Source: Catajapyx aquilonaris
Taxonomy: Eukaryota
Direction of reading: 5' to 3'
Assembly (NCBI GenBank): GCA_000934665.2
Contig: KZ538857.1
Coordinates: forward strand, 1 to 44,338
DNA: 44,338 bases
The stretch's first letter is position 1. Each line of letters begins with the position of its first letter. The notes under the pieces are model-generated. The model had not been told where the DNA came from. It did not search any database and saw only the letters and a list, made by a program, of their open reading frames with translations. The position numbers and the translations under genes are program-made. This document shows positions 37,201-44,338 of this stretch, piece by piece.

Positions 37201-38888
37201 CCGGTGCAAATATTACCCCACTTGGCCCTCTCACCGGCTTACAAACCACGTAATCTGGACTTACAGTTGACTTGACGCAATCGATACCCCCCCACGACCG
37301 ACCCTTAGTAAATCACGTCCAATTTTTGCCACCAAAACTATATATCTGAAAACCAGGTTCACTCATCTGACATGCATAACGCGGGTTTATAGCTCGGCAT
37401 TCCCCAAAATTCATTCCAAGCCCTGTTATCCTGACTGCGTAGGCAGAATTTAGTCTGCAATGCGGATTTTCCACGTACCCTCCCAATCCCTGGCCCCCCA
37501 TCTCCTTCCTCCAACCCCTCTCTTGTACTTTACAGAGGGTTCTATGTGATAAAGCGGTGCTTCTCCAGGGTGAACCTGTGCTGGCTTTTTATGGGCTCTG
37601 CGTAGAAGTGAAGAACAAATGTCGCTCCTCCTCCATCGCCCATCGGATCATATTATCCAAGGTTACGATCGAGGATTCAATCAGACACCACAGAGGATGC
37701 GCCTTTTTGCTAAACATGTTCGGATAAACAAGTCGATTCAATCGTGTATGCAAATCTTGAGGCAAAACTGGGGACGTGTGTCTTTTCTTCTGTACGGTGG
37801 AGATTGGCTGCGTGAAATGTGTTGGAGGCAGTAAAAAAATAACTGGGGAGGAATTACTTTGGCTAATACGGAGATGAGCATGCTTTATGGGGAGGTTTGC
37901 TTTTTCACGAAGTATTGTACAGGGCCGTACCAATTCGGTTTTATCGTACGGCTGTGATATTTTTATGATTTTCTGGTCGGTTTATTGCCTTCTGTTCTGG
38001 ATCACTGGGAGTAGTTCAAAGGTGACTTCAGCTCGAGAGTGCAGCAAACTTGGGGGAGGGAGATATGGCGAAAAGTCATAAGCAAGGGCGTAGCCATTTT
38101 TTTTTTGCACGGGGTTGCCACGTATACATAAATTGTTGTGATTTTTCTAAACGTTTACAAGGTGAAAAGCAGGGTCAATAAATCATGTTACAGAGACTGG
38201 TTGCTCTGTCGGAAGTTGCAAAAAAAATAATACCCGTTGCTATACACATCCCATAAATACAGTTGAAAAGCAGCTACTTATGCGGAGTCTCGAGTTTCAA
38301 AAGATATCTCAGGCTGCTACAAAATCGCGAAGTATTCAGCAAGGAAAATTTGTTTTCGGGTGAAGACACTTCTGACTTGTCAGTTGCAAAGCAAGCCCAG
38401 GAATCGTAAGGCGCTGAGTCGTTTTTCAAAGTTGAATCCGAGAGTGGAAAAGCTGGTTTTCGATACTCCATTGCTCGGTGAAGATCTGCGACCGTGTAAA
38501 TGCATCGTATTCCGAGACGTCTCACCGACAAGTGATTCTCCATAGACAGAGATAGAGATGAAAGTAAGAAAAAGATCGAGGGATTAACAAGATGGACATG
38601 ATGACGTCTTTGATGCCGATCACGACCTGCCTTTCGGGACGACCAGAGAATCGGAATCAAGTTTGGCAGACAGTTATTATTTGTTCAAATGGAATAAATG
38701 CCCGAGAGGATTCTGGGGGGCAGGGAGTTCTTTTTCTCTCCCCACAATTTTTTTTAGGTATCGAAATCCGGAGGGTAAACTCTGAACCTAGGGGTGGCCC
38801 TTTCGAATTGGTTCTGTCGGTTCTATTGGAAATGTACTGCCCGTGACGACTGACTTTTTTTTTCTATCTTCCTAAGGGTTGGGCAAAG

Positions 38889-39141
38889 CCAATAGGGCGT
38901 AACTTGCGACATTGAGGAAGAAAGGCTCTTAGAGAATCTCGGGCACTGACCGAACCAATTACTCGCCAAGTTATTGCATGGGTTTGTGAGCGGATAAGTT
39001 TCCTTCCGGGCAATTCTATTTTCGATTATCGCAAGATGAACACAGCAACAAGAGCTTCGGACTGAACCAATCACCGTCCTACTGCTGTGTCGACAAGCCA
39101 ATCACGGTTCGCGTCTCCTTCTGAGCGTCAACTGAGCCAAT
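38889..39141 (+). promoter_or_regulatory. Cluster of five co-oriented CCAAT boxes (NF-Y-like)
   Basis: CCAAT at 38889, 38955, 39067, 39098 and 39137. The last three fit RRCCAATCA, spaced 31 and 39 bp. Confidence 0.45.
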
Positions 39142-39193
39142 CAGCTCTCTCGTCCTTTTCCTCTCGAAGTTGTACCCTGCAGACTTGAGCACC

Positions 39194-39502
39194 ATGAATA
39201 CTGCGGTAAAGAGGGATGCCTGGTGTAAAAGGAGGCAGCTGCTGGCTAAGGTTGTCGAGAGTGGTATTGGCGGCGCGCCGTCGCAAAAGACCACGATCGA
39301 ACCAGGCCCAACTTGGAACCTCCCCTATACCCACCCCACCCAGCCCTCTAACACAGTTACCCAGTTTCACCATCACCATCTCAGAGTGGAGTATTCCTGC
39401 CTAACCATGCCGCAATCTGCAGCCGCACCATCAAAAACCACTCCAAGCCTGAGGGCACAAAAGCGTTTTCTTCCACCTCGCAAAACACGGTTGTTGCCGT
39501 AA
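39194..39502 (+). CDS. Hypothetical 102-aa ORF (MNTAVKRDAW...HHHH...RLLP)
   Basis: accATG about 55 nt after the CCAAT cluster. It is also reachable in phase 1 from the acceptor CCCTGCAG ending at 39182. No recognisable domain. Confidence 0.25.
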   Translation: MNTAVKRDAWCKRRQLLAKVVESGIGGAPSQKTTIEPGPTWNLPYTHPTQPSNTVTQFHHHHLRVEYSCLTMPQSAAAPSKTTPSLRAQKRFLPPRKTRLLP

Positions 39503-40051
39503 CAGGGTGTAACTGTGGGGCTTTTATGTTTGTCCTGCATTTTTTACGCGGGACTCTCAATCATAAGCCGGGTTGGATTTACGGGCTAAGCTCTCAGGAG
39601 CAGAGCGTGTATATCCGTCGTTGTTAATAAATAGCTTACAAAGCGGGGAATTTTTGCCTCCATTTAATTGCCGTGTCCGGGGACTTGCTTGACAATGCTT
39701 GGGGATAATATGGGAAGGAGACCAGCATGTCGTATTTATGTTGGACTAGAGCAACATGCGCGGATATGTGTGTCGCTGGAGCTATTGAATAACGTTTTGC
39801 CAATAAGCTGCTCATGTACATGAAGGTGTTCCAGTTTTGGTGTGGTTAATTTGTTACTGAATTAATGTAGGTTGAAAATGGAGGGATTCAGTTTCCACCA
39901 ATTTACATTGTGGTGCAGACTGTGAGATTGTGGCTTGCATTTTTAAAATAGTGTTTGATGTTGCCATATTGAAGTTTGCATTTTTAAATTCCGGTTTTGA
40001 TTTTGCCGCTCTGAATGCGTTTGTGTTATTCTCTTTGTATGAATGTTGGTA

Positions 40052-40409
40052 CACTGAAAAAACCGAAATGGTTACGGTAACCAAAACTATTTGGTTGAGT
40101 GAGATTTGGTTGCTTTCACCAAAATCTTAGCTGAATTGAAAAAACAGAATTGGTTGAAGTATAACCAAAACATTTTGGTTGAAGGGTAAAGGGCCTATGC
40201 GATCGTTTCAACCAAATCCTTAGCTACTACAACCAAATGTACACCATGTCAACGAAAATTTTGGTTACATCAACCGAATATTTTTGTAGAACGACAACCA
40301 AATATTTTTGGTTACTTCAACCAAATTTTTAGCAGGTTCTATATTAACCTTCCTATTTGGTTGAATTAAACATGTTTTTGGTTTGTTCAACTATATTTTT
40401 TTTTGAGTG
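40052..40409. mobile_element. CACT-ended MITE (358 bp), CMC/EnSpm-like, with dense internal repeats
   Basis: Termini CACTGAAAAAA / TTTTTTGAGTG (10/11 inverted), TA on both sides (40050-40051, 40410-40411), and more than ten TTGGTT/AACCAA motifs in both orientations. Superfamily is inferred. Confidence 0.78.
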
Positions 40410-43400
40410 TAGGCCAAGTGACTGTTGCTAATGGCGGACCAAATAAGTAAAAATAACGTTAGAGAAATGGCACAGATCATACTTGAAAGTGTGTAAGTAA
40501 TTGGCTTTTATTCCTTGCCAGAAGGATTTGCCCTAAAATGAAACCTGAATTACGTATCTGTTGAACATTTAAAATTACAGTTAGTATACTTGCACTAAGG
40601 ATTCATGGCATGATTTTATAATATGCCAGCTTGAGCCTGCAGATCCAGCCTTGCATATGGTAATACCGGAAGCACCAATGATATGATCACAAAATTTTTC
40701 GGTCATTTTTGGCAGTTTCAAATTGGTACAGTATAGCCATTGCAACTTTTACGGTACCGATATATAAAACTATTTCAGCTGCATTATTAGAATATTCTAC
40801 GCTAAAAATAATATCGTACACATCCATCCATCGGATGGCGCTTGTTGGTACACCCTGTGTATGACCCGAGTAGCCAATTAGAACCGGGCTCCCAAGACAT
40901 CCGAGATGAACGGTATTTTCGACGCCTCTAACAAAGTCCACTGGGATGCTTCGGGCCTCCTCCCCCTCTGGCAGTAAATTGCTAATAAACGAGGTTTTCA
41001 AGTTGAGCCGAAGGTGAAATTGTCTTGTTTCGGGATTTTACACTGCAAGCAAAGAATAAACTCCTAAGTTAGGCCCAAGTTTGCACCGCGTGGCTGCTGG
41101 TCTCCCAGAAAGTTTTGCAGCTCTCAGCAAGCTCTTCCACGCCCTAATTAATAGGCAGATTCTTTGCAAGGAAAGGTCACCGGCGTGTAATTAGCTAACG
41201 AAGCAGAAAGGGGACTCTCACACTTCGCATGATTCGTCGGTGGGAAATTTAGTACCATTAAAAAAATACCGAATTGAGGTCGCATCATACACATTGGTAG
41301 GCTGGGCTGACCTTTCAAATCCTCGTAAGTTAGAATTATCAAACAATGAATTGAATATTTAGAGTGTGTTTTTAGTACCGCCTAATAAACTTAATGCTTG
41401 CATATTTTAGAATAATTATTAAAAGCGGAGTCGGAAGTTGAATAAAATGCACGGTACTGATTTCCTAGAAACTCTGCAAATATTTATGGGATATTTATAC
41501 TCCGATTCGAATCTCTTAATGTTATTTTTCTCCCACTCGGTGGCCGAAAGACAGTTTGTCTTGTAACCCCTCCCTTCACCGCTATACTTTTTTACGCCGA
41601 AAAGTTTTACCAAGACTTCTGGAGCAGACCCAACTCCTTCCGTGCCATTATGTCCTATATAGCACTGTAGCTCTGGATTTTTGGGAAGGTTCCACTGTGC
41701 ACTAAAAAACGAAGGGGTCAGCGAGGAAAAATGAGAAGCTCCTAACATGAGGCTGGTCGTCCCCTACTTTTGATGTTGTGAAATGCTTCCCCACCACCAC
41801 GCATCCACACTGTCCCCGGCTATACCCCGCTCTTTTTACAGACGGATTCAGGAATTTGTGGCTTTTGTCCCGTGTCGAAGCCAACATTAGACTCCAGCTT
41901 TTGCTTTCATCCGGAAATTACACCGTATGCTTTATAGCCCAGCGCGCACTGGGGCCTGAATGCAATTAATGCGGACGTGTATTTATGCTGGGGAGTGCGC
42001 GTATATTTGTTGCCCTGTATACATACACACCCACCTGCGGTTGCAACGGTCGGTTTTCCTAGGGCACGAGAAACAGAATGGCCGCCAAAATGTCTAAAGC
42101 CACTTTCACCAGGTGCATTCGACTTCATTTTACGGAAATTTCCTTCCTTATGTAATTAATATTAGTCAACATTTTTTAAAAAAAATGTTATAGAATTGTT
42201 GATTTAATTTCGTGAATCTCAGCATGTTGTGTACTCTGAATGTGGCAGTTAAATAGCACTATGACTTGATCGACAGTGATGGCGGCCGACTCTGATTTGG
42301 TTACTATTCTGACGCCCGTTTTAGTTGGGACCATTTAACGCGAGAGCGATGACGAGCCTACTTGTCAGCTGTCAAGCGCTTGGAATAGCGGCGGGCAGGA
42401 AAAGTTTTTATGGGCGGCTGATCAAAATGGCTGTTGTTCGGAGTCTGCGTTGTACTGTACCTCTGTATAGCTCTGTGTAGTTGTAGAACTAGCGTTATCG
42501 ACACTTTTTTTTGTGGGGTGTGATACAGAGTCGGTGGACTCTCATAAATGCGGCGTACAATCCTTTGGCAGCCTGACATCCAAACTGTAAATCCATATGC
42601 GAATAATCCGTGCCAATTTTTCTGAAAATATGGCGGCGTGGAATAATTGCTTCCTGATTTGATTGCCGGTTGGATCGAGAAACGTATTTTGGAGAGGGTA
42701 TTTTTTTAAAAAACCTCGGGGACCAGGAGCAGAGAAAAAGTGAACGGAAATCCATCCGTCTGATGGAATGCTTCGGGGGTAGAAACGGCAAGAATATATT
42801 CATTTATTCGACTACACCTCCCCGAGCACTATACCGGCTCTGTATGGAGGCCCACTTCAGTTAGCAGCCTAACGAACGAGCACCGTTGAAGAGACTCTAC
42901 GGAACCAAAATGGGAGAGTAGGGGGTCTCTTTTCTCCTATTTCTGCCCCTTTATTCGAGGGCATTGGGTTGAAAACTGATTCAGGAGTTGGTAAACTGTG
43001 GTATCAGATCGGCACTAGAGTTTCCCCTAGAAATATCGAAAAGACGTGTAAAAGTTTGGCTAATGAAAATGCATTCCAGTTAATGAGGTTGGGTAAGATG
43101 TCAGAGTACAGGGTGAGTCAGAATGACAAAGTGGAGGTATGTTATGAGGGTTGCAAGGCGACTGGAGAGAGAGAGAAAAAAATCTTATTGGAATTCTTGG
43201 AATGTGAGTAATGCGCCTTCCTGTTGTACCCATCTTGTCACTTGGACGTGCAGCAGAAAAGAGGAGCCAACGAAATGAGTCCGGCTTGAAGGATGGAAGT
43301 TCTTCATCCTCAGGCAAGACTGCACGGACCACTTCATTGCGACCGCAAAAAGAGGAAGAAGCCTAGTCCTAAGCTTCATTGCCAGAATCCTTTCCCTGAT

Positions 43401-43499
43401 GCTGCTAAGCCTCAAAAACAGGACTGAGAAACCTTCCCTTTCGCTTCTGGAATCTGGAGAAAGGGAAGAGGGAATTGAGATTGTCTTGGAGACGGGAGA

Positions 43500-43524
43500 G
43501 GGGGGGGGGGGGTNGGGGGGGGGG
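43500..43524. repeat. Poly-G tract with an ambiguous base (N at 43514)
   Basis: Seen directly in the sequence. Confidence 0.9.
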
Positions 43525-44118
43525 TTGGTGGCCTCTGGATCAAGAAATTCCATTCTGTTTCCCGGAATAAAGGCGAGATCGAATTATGGGTTCTGTATTG
43601 GAAGCCGGAATATAGCAGTCCATTACGCTGCCGGTGATAATTAGCGAACTCGTTTTCCAAATGTGTGGGTATACCCCTGTAATATGGGATGGTTGCTTTG
43701 ATTTTGTTATGAAAATGCAGGCCGATACGCGGAATAGCGATGCTTTGGTGCGGCGTGCAAATATTGCGAGCCGGATATTGTGACATTTGCTGTTATCGTC
43801 AGTGACTTTTGGCTGATTTCTAGATACGATTATAAATCTGGAAGTGTGTGATTTAGGTCTACTTTCAATTTAATTGTACCAAAAATGCTGATATGCAAAA
43901 GTACAGGTTTTGATCATTCGATATAGGTTATTGTTTTCAGATGTCATGTTACTGTTATTAACATCACTAGTACGTATGTAGGCCTACTAATTTGTAACTT
44001 TATCAGCCAGCTTTATGTAACAAGGCGATCACAGAAAATGACGCAGACGGGTAGGGTGGCAGGAAGATTAGTCTACGTCCTTCCATACGCAATTCAGTAT
44101 ATAATAATGATATTTGGG

Positions 44119-44250
44119 CAGCGTTGCCAGACACAGGGATATATCCCTAGATTTAGGGATTTCGGCATGCCCTTAGGGATTTAGGGACAACTGAGCAGAA
44201 ACGGCCGAAATCTAGGGATATTAGGAAAATATGAAAAAAATAGAGAAAAA
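44119..44250 (+). mobile_element. Left end of a probable hAT-like MITE (partial)
   Basis: Starts CAGCGTTGCCAG, a hAT-like terminus, then the palindrome AGGGATATATCCCT (44135-44148) and repeated TAGGGA(T) motifs (44154, 44174, 44182, 44213). No convincing right TIR or TSD in the window. Confidence 0.45.
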
Positions 44251-44338
44251 TGCAGGCCTGGATCTTGTCCGCAACCGCAAGCGATGCCACTTACAACATT
44301 ATTCGAGGCAACCCTTCAATTGGTCGCACTACCTATGG

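Noticed and set aside
37501..37730. Strong acceptor ending at 37535 as the next coding exon
   Set aside because: The phase-1 reading stops after four codons, the other frames are unrecognisable, and there is no clear donor.
38083..38241. hAT-like MITE starting AGGGCGTAGCC
   Set aside because: The right end is too degenerate and no TSD was found.
42969..43366. Two-exon ORF with a 50-nt intron (43204-43253)
   Set aside because: The join is in frame, but the start is TTG, the acceptor is weak and the product resembles nothing I recognise.
924..43786. Most ORFs in the supplied track
   Set aside because: They are short, overlap on both strands, often start at TTG/GTG, and show no recognisable domains, as expected by chance.
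44151..44226. TTTAGGG/TTAGGG telomeric repeats
   Set aside because: The motifs are not tandem. They are spaced TAGGGAT units behind a TIR-like end and fit MITE subterminal repeats better.
1..44338. A prokaryotic or phage system (operon, CRISPR array, defence island)
   Set aside because: Very low coding density, no ORF over 177 aa, no regularly spaced repeat-spacer array, and eukaryotic splice signals and MITEs throughout.

Overview
Eukaryotic, almost certainly animal, draft-genome DNA, probably from an invertebrate: roughly 42-44% GC by eye, CpG not visibly depleted, GT-AG splice signals, microsatellites, two N gaps and one single N. It is mostly intergenic or intronic. I see no operon, CRISPR array, rRNA/tRNA, prophage or intact transposase/RT, and nearly all listed ORFs look like chance. 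The best-supported features are non-autonomous DNA transposons (MITEs): a Tc1/mariner-type element with 113-bp TIRs and TA flanks (13899-14336), a hAT-type element with an exact 8-bp TSD (10749-11059), a CACT-ended element (40052-40409) and a 134-bp foldback (914-1047). Gene evidence is fragmentary: a likely CDS end at 2-82, a likely first coding exon at 23001-23082 (+) back-to-back with a possible minus-strand two-exon gene, a frame-preserving 18-nt microexon at 34223-34240, a CCAAT cluster before an ORF at 39194, and a CxxC-rich ORF at 8723-9247. The strongest unexplained signal is an excess of TACAGTA/TACTGTA (about 35 counted by eye, about 8 expected), the canonical Tc1-family excision footprint. 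I cannot support a claim of a new biological system here.
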